Below are positions 10,078 through 19,618 of a DNA stretch of 64,000 nt, piece by piece (position 1 is the stretch's first letter; the number at the start of each line of letters is the position of its first letter). The notes beneath the pieces are model-generated. The model made no database searches. It was not told where the DNA came from and worked only from the letters and a program-made list of their open reading frames with translations. Both the position numbers and the translations under genes were made by a program. Origin of the DNA: Candidatus Bathyarchaeia archaeon (GTDB lineage Archaea > Thermoproteota > CALKCG01 > B24); contig JAVZJD010000001.1 in the NCBI GenBank assembly GCA_038870975.1, positions 928,001 to 992,000 on the forward strand, given 5' to 3'.

Positions 10078-10266
10078 AGACTTCCTTTATACATCTCGGA
10101 GAAGTTCCCAAGTAAACCTCGAAAACGTATTCATATTAACGGCTGTAGCTATGACGTCTATATCGTAGTGAAGAGCCTTTAACGAATCCAATAGATGCCT
10201 AGGTTGACGATAAGCTTTCATAGTTTAGGTTTATTTGAGCCTTTAACCTTTCACCTGTCTCTTTAG

Positions 10267-10590
10267 CAACAAGCGCTATGGCATTGGGGTTTACTTTTCG
10301 GTACTGTTCTCTATTATCTCTTCAATTTAGATATTGGTTTTATTCTTTTAACTGGTTTTGCGGCTTTTATACCGGATATTGATTGGATGATGGAGTTTTC
10401 ATGGGGCTTTGGAAATGTCCATAGGAAGCTCCTACATAACGTTTGGTTTCTAGGCATACTGATGCTCTTAGTGCTCTTCTTATTTAGGAGTTTGATTCTG
10501 GTGCTCACTGTAATGGTTGGCTTCATAAGCCATCTTATGATCGATTCTTTCACTGTCACGGGGGTATATTGGCTTTATAGCATAATATAG
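10267..10590 (+). pseudogene. Truncated YdjM-like membrane metal-dependent hydrolase
   Basis: Frame open from 10267: ...FIPDIDW...HRKLLHN...GFISHLMIDSFTVTGVYWL*; no upstream start, stops early. Confidence 0.6.
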
Positions 10591-10839
10591 GGTGTCATGT
10601 ACGTAGCTGCAGAATGCAGAGTAGACTCTAAGCCCAACGATAAACGAGACGAAGAACAGTATAAGCACTTCAGCCTTCCTACGCGGAGGCCAATCAGACC
10701 ATGGAAAACGCATACCAAGCATCAAATTACAATTCTTACCAAGCAAATAATAAGTGTTAGGTTTCATCTGGAGGCTTATGGTGAAATTCAATTACCTCTT
10801 TAGACGTAACAACATGCCTATCCACGGTTTACTAGGCTT

Positions 10840-11559
10840 TCACACGAGAGTTTTCATCGTTACTGTCATTTTGAAGCTCAGCCTGACGTAGTATTTTACT
10901 GGTTCTTCTTCAGTGTTAGGTTGGAATATTGCAAGCCATGTATCTACATCCACCGTCCACGTGTCTCTACTTACCCTCATCAGTGTTACATGCCCTTCAT
11001 CGTATAAGGCTTGGTGTGGCTCTGGGGCTGTCACGTTAACAAAGAATGTATAATTCCCGAATGAAAAACCGCTTAATCCCGGTTCTGGCAGTGTGGGCGT
11101 GGTCCTCAATGCGTACCCTGCTAATTCGCCCGTATCCGCATCTATGAAGCCTATGGTTACTACGGCGCTCGGAATTTCCAAAACCTCACCCACATCCATC
11201 ATGTCGATTTCAACATTTGAAAAGCCTATAGTTAAAATGATACGGTAGTTTTTAGAGAGTAGCCTAGAAGGTATACTCCTCAAATGTTCATCCCTCCAAT
11301 AAGCCTCCTGAAACTTCACAAACGCAGACCTAGGGCTTTCAATTAAGGACAGAGCAAATGAGAAACCAGCACCGCGCACAGCCGTCCGTGCAAACACACC
11401 TTGAACACCATCCTCATACGGCTCGCCAGTATCGCTTACTATCAACCCGTCTTCGGAAAACTCTACCTTAGGAGGGCCTCTATAGAAGACGATGTAGATG
11501 GCGGCGAATAAAACCAAAATTATAATCGGAACGAGGATAATCTTCTTCAGAAGAGCCAA
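10840..11559 (-). CDS. Hypothetical membrane-anchored exported protein
   Basis: N-terminal KK plus hydrophobic helix, then 239 aa beta-rich domain. Confidence 0.6.
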   Translation of the reverse strand: MALLKKIILVPIIILVLFAAIYIVFYRGPPKVEFSEDGLIVSDTGEPYEDGVQGVFARTAVRGAGFSFALSLIESPRSAFVKFQEAYWRDEHLRSIPSRLLSKNYRIILTIGFSNVEIDMMDVGEVLEIPSAVVTIGFIDADTGELAGYALRTTPTLPEPGLSGFSFGNYTFFVNVTAPEPHQALYDEGHVTLMRVSRDTWTVDVDTWLAIFQPNTEEEPVKYYVRLSFKMTVTMKTLV

Positions 11560-11679
11560 GCTATCTTGTAGATAATACCCATTGAAACGTTAAATAAATT
11601 TTGCCTGTTTGAGTTACAAAAGATAGAAGTACAGAAAAGTTTTTACGTACAATATTGTTTAAATATACACAGATGTAGA

Positions 11680-12729
11680 ATGTGTACGGCGGATATTTTT
11701 AGGCAGGCGGCTCGTCAGTATTTTGAAGCGGTTAAGTCTGTTGAGAAGGCTAGAGAGGAGTTGAAGAAGATTATCATTAAGTATATAATAGCCGATGCTG
11801 ATTTGAGTAAGCATACAGAGCTTGCCATATCTGAGAATTTAGGTTTGCCGAGGAGTACTATAAGAAGTATTCTAGTCGAGCTTCTAGATGAGAAGGTTCT
11901 TAGAGTTGAAGAAATCGGCAATGTTAAACCCTATATAATTAATGATGAAATGGGTATTGGGATCGCCATAGACTGGCTTAACCTAAGCTTTACAAGAGAA
12001 GAGATAAATGAGCTTTTAGCAGCTAAAGAAGCTAAAGATTTCCACGGTATGATGTGGATAGCATGGGGGGCATCTGGTAGAGACACTACTAGATATCGAG
12101 GGTATGATGCAGATAAATGCCTTAAAACGCTTATTGCGAGATTTTTATGCTATATGGATGAAATAGAGGGAAAGCTTAGAGAAGCCTTCGGTGAACAAAC
12201 CTTAGAGGAGTTGACTTCTTTATTTCCTGAAATAGGTTCTTTTGTAAAGCTTATAGAAGCCCCTTTACCTGCTGCCGTCAAATGGGCGGCTAGAGATCTT
12301 CAAGAGATGGATGAGCAGTCTTCTGTCAATGATATTAAAAGAGTTGTGGTTGAAGCTTATGAGAATAGTCTTAAAAGTGTTGTTAGAAAGTTTAAGAAGG
12401 TTGCATATATCTTAGAAGAGAAGGGTTATGAAGGATTACACGAATTCTTCAAAGGAAAGAAGCCAGTCTACTTTGCTTATCAAGTAAAGAACGGAAAGAA
12501 GCCGGAGTATAGGTTTCGCGACGAGTACCTTTGGGCTGCGACGCTGGCCCTTAGAGAAAGCTGCAAGATAGGTGAAAAGATAGGTGCAGACCCCAGTCTT
12601 CTTAAAGAGGCTAGAATGCTGGCAGACGCATTAGACTTGGCTTTAGAGAAGAAGTATAGAGGACTCAATGCTGAGGGATTAAGCTTAACTGACTGGGCGA
12701 TTAGAGAGCTACATAAGCTTCAAAAATAA
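11680..12729 (+). CDS. Hypothetical protein with N-terminal winged HTH
   Basis: TELAISENLGLPRSTIRSILVELLDEKVLRVEEIGNVKPY wHTH pattern; helical C-terminal part not recognised. Confidence 0.65.
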   Translation: MCTADIFRQAARQYFEAVKSVEKAREELKKIIIKYIIADADLSKHTELAISENLGLPRSTIRSILVELLDEKVLRVEEIGNVKPYIINDEMGIGIAIDWLNLSFTREEINELLAAKEAKDFHGMMWIAWGASGRDTTRYRGYDADKCLKTLIARFLCYMDEIEGKLREAFGEQTLEELTSLFPEIGSFVKLIEAPLPAAVKWAARDLQEMDEQSSVNDIKRVVVEAYENSLKSVVRKFKKVAYILEEKGYEGLHEFFKGKKPVYFAYQVKNGKKPEYRFRDEYLWAATLALRESCKIGEKIGADPSLLKEARMLADALDLALEKKYRGLNAEGLSLTDWAIRELHKLQK

Positions 12730-12869
12730 CTATGAAAAGTATGGTGGAAAATCTTGAAGAAGAGGAAATATGGCTGGGATGCAAAAGCCTGTTGCGTAGA
12801 GACGGCAAAATAGATTAACCTTACAGATAATTATTTAAGTAAGAAAGTAAGAATATATTTGGTGATCTC

Positions 12870-13160
12870 ATGGCTAGGTATGAGAAGCCCGACATCACAG
12901 TAGTTAGCAGTAAGGGACAAGTGGTGATACCTCAAGGCATAAGGGAGAAGCTGGGCATAGGACCTAAGACGAAGCTACTTGTTTACAGCTATCAAGATGT
13001 GGTGATATTGAAGAAGCTGGAGATGCCAGATGTAGCAAAGGAGTTGGAGGAGATCTATAAAAAGGTTGATGCAAGAATAGCCAAGTACGGCGAGCTGACT
13101 TGCGAGGAGGTAGACGAGGTAATCCAAGAGTACAGAAGGAAGAAGAGAAGTCCCCGATGA
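12870..13160 (+). CDS. AbrB/MazE-family antitoxin
   Basis: VSSKGQVVIPQGIREKLGI. Confidence 0.9.
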   Translation: MARYEKPDITVVSSKGQVVIPQGIREKLGIGPKTKLLVYSYQDVVILKKLEMPDVAKELEEIYKKVDARIAKYGELTCEEVDEVIQEYRRKKRSPR

Positions 13161-13170
13161 AGGTCGTGGA

Positions 13171-13587
13171 ATGAAGGTTGTCTTCGACACAAACGTCTTA
13201 GTATCTGCTCTGATCAAGGCTGGAAAGCCGAGGGAACTTATCTTAAAGATAGCTGAGGGAAAAGCTCAGCTAGTTTTGTCCAGAGGTATTCTAGAGGAGC
13301 TTCTCGAAGTCACAGAGCATCCGAAGATAAGAAGGTACGTTGATGAGGATGACGTAATCGCCTTTCTCAGGGTTTTGGGAGCCATCGGTAAAATGGTTAG
13401 GGTAAGGTCTAAGTTCAAGGTCATAAAGGAAGATCCCGACGATGACGTAATACTGAGGACTGCCAAGGATGGTAGAGCCGACTACATAGTGTCAGAGGAT
13501 AAGCACCTGTTATCATTAGGTGAATTCAAAGGGATAAAGATACTGAGTGTAGATGAGATTCTAAAATTATTAAAGGAGTTGAATTAA
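13171..13587 (+). CDS. PIN-domain toxin (VapC-like)
   Basis: VVFDTNVLVSA, DPDDD, IVSEDKHLL; directly downstream of AbrB gene. Confidence 0.9.
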   Translation: MKVVFDTNVLVSALIKAGKPRELILKIAEGKAQLVLSRGILEELLEVTEHPKIRRYVDEDDVIAFLRVLGAIGKMVRVRSKFKVIKEDPDDDVILRTAKDGRADYIVSEDKHLLSLGEFKGIKILSVDEILKLLKELN

Positions 13588-13699
13588 TCACGTTTCCCAT
13601 AAAATTGTTGAAAGAGTGATAGATGAGATTTTGGTTAAATCTGGATTAGAGCCTGTAACGATGATATGGAATTCATTAAAAAGCTGAGGAAATTGCTTT

Positions 13700-14010
13700 G
13701 AGTTGCGGATATAATAAACGTGGGCATTGATGGAAAGCACTCATACCAGGAGCCGTTTGCATCTGTAAAAGAGGCTAAGGAGAAATACGGAGATAGGATA
13801 GTTATCCTAGGCGGTGTAGACGTGGATAAGCTCACCCGCCTTCGTATAGATGAGTTAAAAAGCTACGTCCTAGAGATCATACGGAGCTGTGCACCCGGCG
13901 GCGGGTATGCATTAGGCTCTGGAAACTCCGTGACCAATTACATGAACTTAGAAAACTACAGGGAGATGATACGTATGTGTGAGAAGTACGGTAAGTATCC
14001 CTATAAGTAA
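13700..14010 (+). pseudogene. C-terminal fragment of URO-D/MtaA-CmuA family protein
   Basis: GIDGKHS...KEKYGDRIVILGGVDV...APGGGYALGSGNSV; N-terminal ~250 aa missing. Confidence 0.75.
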
Positions 14011-14023
14011 GGAGCCGATTCGT

Positions 14024-15159
14024 ATGAAACCGATAGAGAGGGTGTTTAGAGCCTTCAGCCTAGAGGAGCCTGATAGAGTCCCCTTATGGGAGGGCTGGAT
14101 AACAAACGACGGCGTCTATGAGGCTGTTATAGGCTATAGCTTAGACAGATACCTAGATGAATTTCTAACCAAGGCAACAGTGTCTGAGAGGGAGGATAGA
14201 ATTAGAAGGGCTAGAATTCTTGCTGAGGCTCAGATAAAATGCTATAGAAGACTTGGGCTGGATATGTCGCCTATATGGGGATCAGCACCTCCATATGACT
14301 GGAAGCCTGTTAGAATAGATGATGAAACCTTTGTAACGGAAACTGGGGCGATCCACCGCTATTCTCCAAAGAGCCATCAGACATGGGTAGTAGACTACCC
14401 TGTTAAAACCCTGAAGATGCTAAAAGTTACATGTATCCAGATCCTCATGCCCCCGGTAGGCTTGACCACGTAGAGGCTTTAGTTGCCGAGGCGCACAAGT
14501 ACGACATGCCTGCCGTAATCGAGGTTGGAGGGGGGCTAGAGTACACGATAGAGGAGGTAATATCGCTTCCAAACCTAGTAGTGCTTATGTTCCGTTATCC
14601 AAGCTTGGCTAGAAGACTGATAAACATGGTTGTTGACTTTAGTATTGAGATAGGTAAAGCCGCCATAGACATGGGGGTAGACGTCATTGAGATAAGCAAC
14701 GACAGTGGCTGCGTTTCCGGACCTATGTTATCGCCTAAGCTATTCCACGAATTCATAACGCCGACGCTTGAAAGACAGGTTAAAACCTTCAAGAGTAAAG
14801 GAGCTATAGTCTTCGTCCACTGCGATGGAAACGTATACCCTATACTTGAAGATATGGTTAAAAGTGGGATAGATGGATGGCATGCAATAGAGCCTCAAGC
14901 AGGTATGGACATAGGATATGTAAAGAAAAAATATGGAGACAGGATATGCCTCATAGGAAATATAGACGTGTCCCACACGTTACCTTTTGGAAGTGAGGAA
15001 GACGTCATAAAGGAAGTTAAGGAGAGAATAAACATAGCTGCACCGGGAGGTGGCTATATTCTAGCGTCATCAAACTCCATCCATAGGGGCGTTAAACCTT
15101 CTAACGCCATAGCCATGTATAAAGCTGGCAGAAAGTATGGTGTATATACAGAACGATAA
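14024..15159 (+). pseudogene. URO-D/MtaA-CmuA family methyltransferase, frameshifted near 14410
   Basis: N-part EEPDRVP (ORF 13979..14473) joins C-part FVHCDGN...APGGGYILASSNSIH (ORF 14431..15159) if one C is added at AAAACCCTGAAG (KTPEDAKSY). Confidence 0.8.
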
Positions 15160-15232
15160 TATGCCTCCCGGCGCATATTATCGGCAAAAGGCAATGTTTA
15201 TTATGCTGGAACGACCATAATTTGGAAGGCGA

Positions 15233-16000
15233 ATGAAAATGAATAGAAAAATGACAGTTGCGTTTCTAGTTGTTTTCATTATGCTATTCGTAGGCTGCCC
15301 GTTGACTTCAACCTTCGCAAACAAGGATGGGGCTGGACCACCAGACCTTCAGCGGGTAGTCTTCATACACTATGCAAAGGCTAATGCAAAACCACCGGCA
15401 AAAGAAACTGGTTATTATAAGCTTATAGGTGCTAAATGGAAGAGCTTTCCAGTTTCTCTAGAAGTGAACCCCTCTGAACTGGATGCTGAGTTTGTGAAAA
15501 AGGCTATAGGTTTAGCTGCTGAGGAGTGGGATAGCGGTGCCTACAGTCGATCAGAGGGTATTGATTGGTATGGAGTAGACCCGGATCTATTCAATGACAC
15601 TATCAGTACTACAGATAAAGGCTATGAGGACCTTGCGTGGACGAGCGATAAACTTGATGGTAAGAATACGCTTCTCTTCGGGAATTATTCTACCCCGGGT
15701 GTTATTGCTGTCACGATCCTCTGGTATGATAGGGCGACGAAGACTATTGTAGAATTCGACATAGTGTTCGATACAGACTACACGTGGGGCAACGCTACCG
15801 GAGACCCGAATGTAATGGATCTTCAGAATATCGCGACACATGAGCTTGGACACGGGGTTGGATTAGGCGACGTCTATCAGAGCACAGCATACCAAGAGAC
15901 AATGTACGGCTATAGCGACTACGGGGAAACCAGCAAGAGAGACCTCTACATAGGCGACAAAACAGGTATCACAAAACTATACGGTGCGGCTTCGGCTTAG
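15233..16000 (+). CDS. Secreted matrixin-like metzincin metalloprotease
   Basis: Signal peptide; ATHELGHGVGLGD; Met-turn ETMYGY. Confidence 0.85.
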   Translation: MKMNRKMTVAFLVVFIMLFVGCPLTSTFANKDGAGPPDLQRVVFIHYAKANAKPPAKETGYYKLIGAKWKSFPVSLEVNPSELDAEFVKKAIGLAAEEWDSGAYSRSEGIDWYGVDPDLFNDTISTTDKGYEDLAWTSDKLDGKNTLLFGNYSTPGVIAVTILWYDRATKTIVEFDIVFDTDYTWGNATGDPNVMDLQNIATHELGHGVGLGDVYQSTAYQETMYGYSDYGETSKRDLYIGDKTGITKLYGAASA

Positions 16001-16140
16001 CCGAACCCCCTACTTTTTCCAATAAATCTTCCCAGCAGTAAAACCATCGCACTTCTCAGAATCGAAGATAAACTATAATGATTTAAATAAGCTATTTTTA
16101 AAAGAAGAAAGCCACTGGAATGGAGGAACTATGGTGGGAG

Positions 16141-16215
16141 GGCCGCCGCCGGGATTTGAACCCGGCCTCCAGGCTCCACAGGCCTGTACGCTAACCAGGC
16201 TACGTTACGGCGGCC
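16141..16215 (-). tRNA. tRNA-His(GTG) with genome-encoded G-1
   Basis: Reverse complement GGCCGCCGTAACGTAGCCTGGTTAGCGTA-CAGGC-CTGTGGA-GCCTG...GGTTCAAATCCCGGCGGCGGCC; G-1:C73. Confidence 0.95.
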
Positions 16216-16822
16216 ATATATCCTCACAGTATTATCCCTGCATGGGCTTACCTTAAGATTACCGAGGAGAGATTATTCTAGTCCTCCTAGTAAATTTTAC
16301 TCTCTTTTAGGCTTTGAAGGGTATAGAAAGTGGATTGACTACCATTCTCTAAGAGATAGAGAATTGCAGAGATTGCGTTGGAACCTATGGAAAACTTCGA
16401 ATGGGCTTGTCTCTCTTCAAGCAGTTCTTCAAATGCGCATATTATGTCTTTTGACGTCTATTCTTTGAAAAGGACTTTTAAGCCGCTCTTCAACCCATTT
16501 CTCGTCGATGATTAAACCATATTGATCATGGCGCATCACAGTTTCAATATGCATCTCTCGCCTTTTGATAATACTTTGAAGCTTCATCATGTCTCCCAAG
16601 AAGAATTTTGTAGATTATCATGTCCACTCTGTGAAAATGCTTTCTCAAAAAACTCCTGATACGAATCCAGTTTTTACGTAAAGCCTTATCGCAGGTTTTA
16701 GGTCTATCTAAGTCTATAGGGAAACCTTATGATAGAACTTTTCTAGAAGAATTTCGCCTCCATAATTTCCAAAGATTCATAGTAAAATTTTTAATTATAA
16801 AAATTAAATTAAAAAATATTTT

Positions 16823-17017
16823 GTGTCTAAAGGATCTATAGATGGGTTAAAGAGAAGGTTTTGGCATTCGATAACAGGCGGGGTCTTCCTCATAGGTCTC
16901 GCAATCCTATTCTACATAGGATTTTGGCCTTGGATACTTGCTTTACTAGGTCTGATGGCTATAATCGAAGGCATCGGCGAATACTACTATAGAAGAAACG
17001 AGGAAAAACCGACTTAA
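16823..17017 (+). CDS. Small two-TM membrane protein
   Basis: GGVFLIGLAILFYIGFWPWILALLGL; AT-rich promoter region upstream. Confidence 0.6.
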   Translation: MSKGSIDGLKRRFWHSITGGVFLIGLAILFYIGFWPWILALLGLMAIIEGIGEYYYRRNEEKPT

Positions 17018-17242
17018 GAGAATAGACTTAGAGATATTCGACTATCGAACGATGTTTGAGTACTTATCTATGTAATAAGTATGATAGAAAATTTTCCAAA
17101 ATAATGAAAGAAGCAAAAGAACTAGGTTTAAACACCTCAAAAAGGCTCTAAAAGAGGCAATAAGAAGATTAAAATTGAAAGGTAAAGTCAGCAAAAACAC
17201 TTCAACTCTCAACTGTCAGATGGCTATGCATATTATCTATAC

Positions 17243-17938
17243 TTAACGGTTCATTGGCTTTTTCATTGTATATCTACAGTCTGCTCTTATGGGGCATAGG
17301 TTGCATTTAGGCTTATCGGTGCAGAATTTTAAGCCGAATTCTGTGAGCAGTGCATGGAACGTTTTATAAGTTTCCACGTCTCTCGGTATGCTCTCTTGAA
17401 TGTAGGTCTGCCATTCCAAGTAGTTTTTGAGGTGGATGTCGCAGAACCTCTCTAGGATTCTTTTCGCATACTTTGAAACTGGGATAACGGGTCTGTTGAA
17501 GGCGTACAGCAGGATTGTGTCTGAGGTTTCAGGTCCAATACCGTCGACACTGAGCAGTCTTCTCCTTAAAGAAGGATCATCTAATGAGTCCAACCTTAGG
17601 CTAATCATCAGTTTTGAAACCTCGTATAGAGTTTCGAGCTTCCTATACGTAAAACCAGCTGGTTTTATAGCCTCCTTCAGTAATGTAGGAGGTGTCTCAA
17701 CGATTTTAGACGGCTCTAGAATCCCCATTTTCTTCAAATTCTCCACAGCTTTACTGGCATTGTTACGCCAGTTTGCGTTTTGAACCAATATTGCACCAAC
17801 GATCCTCTCAAATGTAGCGTTCTCAGGCGCTGGCCAGTCTAAGCCTTTTCCAGTACGTCTCCACTCATTTGGTGGAACTTCATCCAAGAATTCATCTACA
17901 AGAAGCCTGTAGAGCATGGAAGGACATGAAGTCTCCAT
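17243..17938 (-). CDS. HhH-GPD endonuclease III-related DNA glycosylase with 4Fe-4S motif
   Basis: GAILVQN, VDGIGPETSD, CTDKPKCNLCPIRADC. Confidence 0.9.
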   Translation of the reverse strand: METSCPSMLYRLLVDEFLDEVPPNEWRRTGKGLDWPAPENATFERIVGAILVQNANWRNNASKAVENLKKMGILEPSKIVETPPTLLKEAIKPAGFTYRKLETLYEVSKLMISLRLDSLDDPSLRRRLLSVDGIGPETSDTILLYAFNRPVIPVSKYAKRILERFCDIHLKNYLEWQTYIQESIPRDVETYKTFHALLTEFGLKFCTDKPKCNLCPIRADCRYTMKKPMNR

Positions 17939-17965
17939 TGAAGCTTCCTCCGTTAGAGCAGAGTT

Positions 17966-18337
17966 TTAAGGTAGCTGTATTGTAACATCATCTCCATCTT
18001 TCAAGTTGAGTCTAAACCTTAAATTTTCAGCGGCTACTAGCTCGATTAGATCTTCCGGGTAGTTTGCCACTTTAGGTATTACTGCAATGGCTTTTACACA
18101 TCCTTCGATGAAGACTTCAGCCGCTAATCCTCTGCAGAATCCTTCAGCTGGCTTTATCTCTACGTCGGCCTTCTCTTCAATAAGTCTTCTAGCGTCTTTA
18201 TCAACCTTGAGGTTTAATGTTCCAGGGTAGGGTGTGAATCCAAATTTCTCTTGTATCTGTGTAATAACCCATGGCAGTGTAACGTAAAACCTCCCCAAGC
18301 CTAAACCGCTTACAACCTTCCCCTTTAAAGCCAGCAT
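17966..18337 (-). CDS. ribK: CTP-dependent riboflavin kinase
   Basis: GKVVSGLGLG, PYPGTLN, LRFRLNLKDGD. Confidence 0.9.
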   Translation of the reverse strand: MLALKGKVVSGLGLGRFYVTLPWVITQIQEKFGFTPYPGTLNLKVDKDARRLIEEKADVEIKPAEGFCRGLAAEVFIEGCVKAIAVIPKVANYPEDLIELVAAENLRFRLNLKDGDDVTIQLP

Positions 18338-18375
18338 AGCTAAATTTATCTCTACTACGGAGGTTTTTAAACTAG

Positions 18376-19386
18376 ATGGTAAAGCCTATAGTTGAAATTA
18401 CGGCTGACAGTAACATACCCTTGATAGGCTCAGTGGGATTTGGACTTATCGATAGAGGTACAAACGTTATACAGGTTAGACCTACAAGTATATGTCCACT
18501 TTCATGCATATTCTGCTCCACCGATGCAGGACCTAAATCGCTTAGAAGAGCCGTTGAATACATAGTTGAACTAGACTATCTAGTGGAAGAATTCAGAGGG
18601 CTTGTGAAGTTTAAAAACTGTAAGCATGTTGAAGCACATATAGACACCGTAGGAGACCCTTTAACTTATCCAAGGCTTCCGGAGCTCTGCCAAGCTTTAA
18701 GGGAAACACCAAACGTTGAAGTAGTGTCTCTCCAAACGCATGGATTCCTCCTCACGGAGAAGCTGATTGACGAGCTTGAAGCAGCCGGATTGACCAGGAT
18801 AAACCTTTCAATAGATAGTTTAAACCCGGATAAGGCTAAGATGCTCTCTGGAACTGAAAATTATCATGTGGATAAAGTTGTAGAGATGGCTAAATACATA
18901 GCTCAATCGAAGATAGACTTGTTAATAGCACCTGTATGGGTTCCGGGGATAAACGACAACGATATTGAGGAGATCATCCAGTTGGCTCTTGAGATCAAAG
19001 CTGGGAAAAGCGCTCCACCATTGGGGATTCAGAAGATGCTTACTCATAAACACGGTAGAAAGCCTAAGGGAGTTAAACCCATGAGTTGGAAAACCTTCTA
19101 CGATAGGCTTAGAAGCCTTGAGAACACATACAGGGTTAAGCTCATACTCAGCCCAGAAGACTTCGGAATACATAAATGTAGAGAACTGCCCTTACCCTTC
19201 CAGAAGTTTGAAAAGGTTTGGGTTGAAGTCGTCGGCTTAGGCTTATTCAAAGGGGAAAAGCTTGGAGTAGCTAGAGGTAGAGTGTTGACCGTTGTAGATG
19301 CTGATGAAGCACCCGTAGGTTCTAAGATCAGGGTTAGAGTTTTACGTGTTAAGAACAACATATACATGGCTAGGTTTGAACCGTAA
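18376..19386 (+). CDS. Archaeal radical SAM protein with C-terminal TRAM-like domain
   Basis: GLIDRGTNVIQVRP, CPLSCIFC (CxxxCxxC). Confidence 0.85.
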   Translation: MVKPIVEITADSNIPLIGSVGFGLIDRGTNVIQVRPTSICPLSCIFCSTDAGPKSLRRAVEYIVELDYLVEEFRGLVKFKNCKHVEAHIDTVGDPLTYPRLPELCQALRETPNVEVVSLQTHGFLLTEKLIDELEAAGLTRINLSIDSLNPDKAKMLSGTENYHVDKVVEMAKYIAQSKIDLLIAPVWVPGINDNDIEEIIQLALEIKAGKSAPPLGIQKMLTHKHGRKPKGVKPMSWKTFYDRLRSLENTYRVKLILSPEDFGIHKCRELPLPFQKFEKVWVEVVGLGLFKGEKLGVARGRVLTVVDADEAPVGSKIRVRVLRVKNNIYMARFEP

Positions 19387-19585
19387 ATAGAGGTTGCATC
19401 ACCATCGGCAAGAAAGCATAGAGTTTCAACGGTGGGATTAACTATCGGTAAGCTTAAACATCTTTTCAACGTCAATGTTTCAAACGGGTACCGCTCAGAT
19501 GTAGCTTGAACGTCCAAAAAGCTGGAATAAGACTCCGAGCCGAAATGGCGTTGGATTGGTGAAAAGCTGAGCTTAGAAAAACCGA

Positions 19586-19618
19586 GAATCTCCCGACTTT
19601 AGTCGTAGGGAGCGTCAA
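19586..19618 (+). mobile_element. IS200/IS605-family right end (relic)
   Basis: GAAT-CTCCCGACTTTAGTCGTAGGGAG-CG-TCAA: guide GAAT, subterminal hairpin, cleavage tetranucleotide TCAA, as in IS608/ISDra2 right ends. Confidence 0.75.

Noticed and set aside
10480-10803. Overlapping ORFs 10480..10791(-) and 10597..10803(+)
   Set aside because: No recognisable family; overlap the YdjM relic; probably debris
16131-16140. CTCCCACCA right after the tRNA-His 3' end as an att-site or second tRNA remnant
   Set aside because: Too short, and no matching partner in the window
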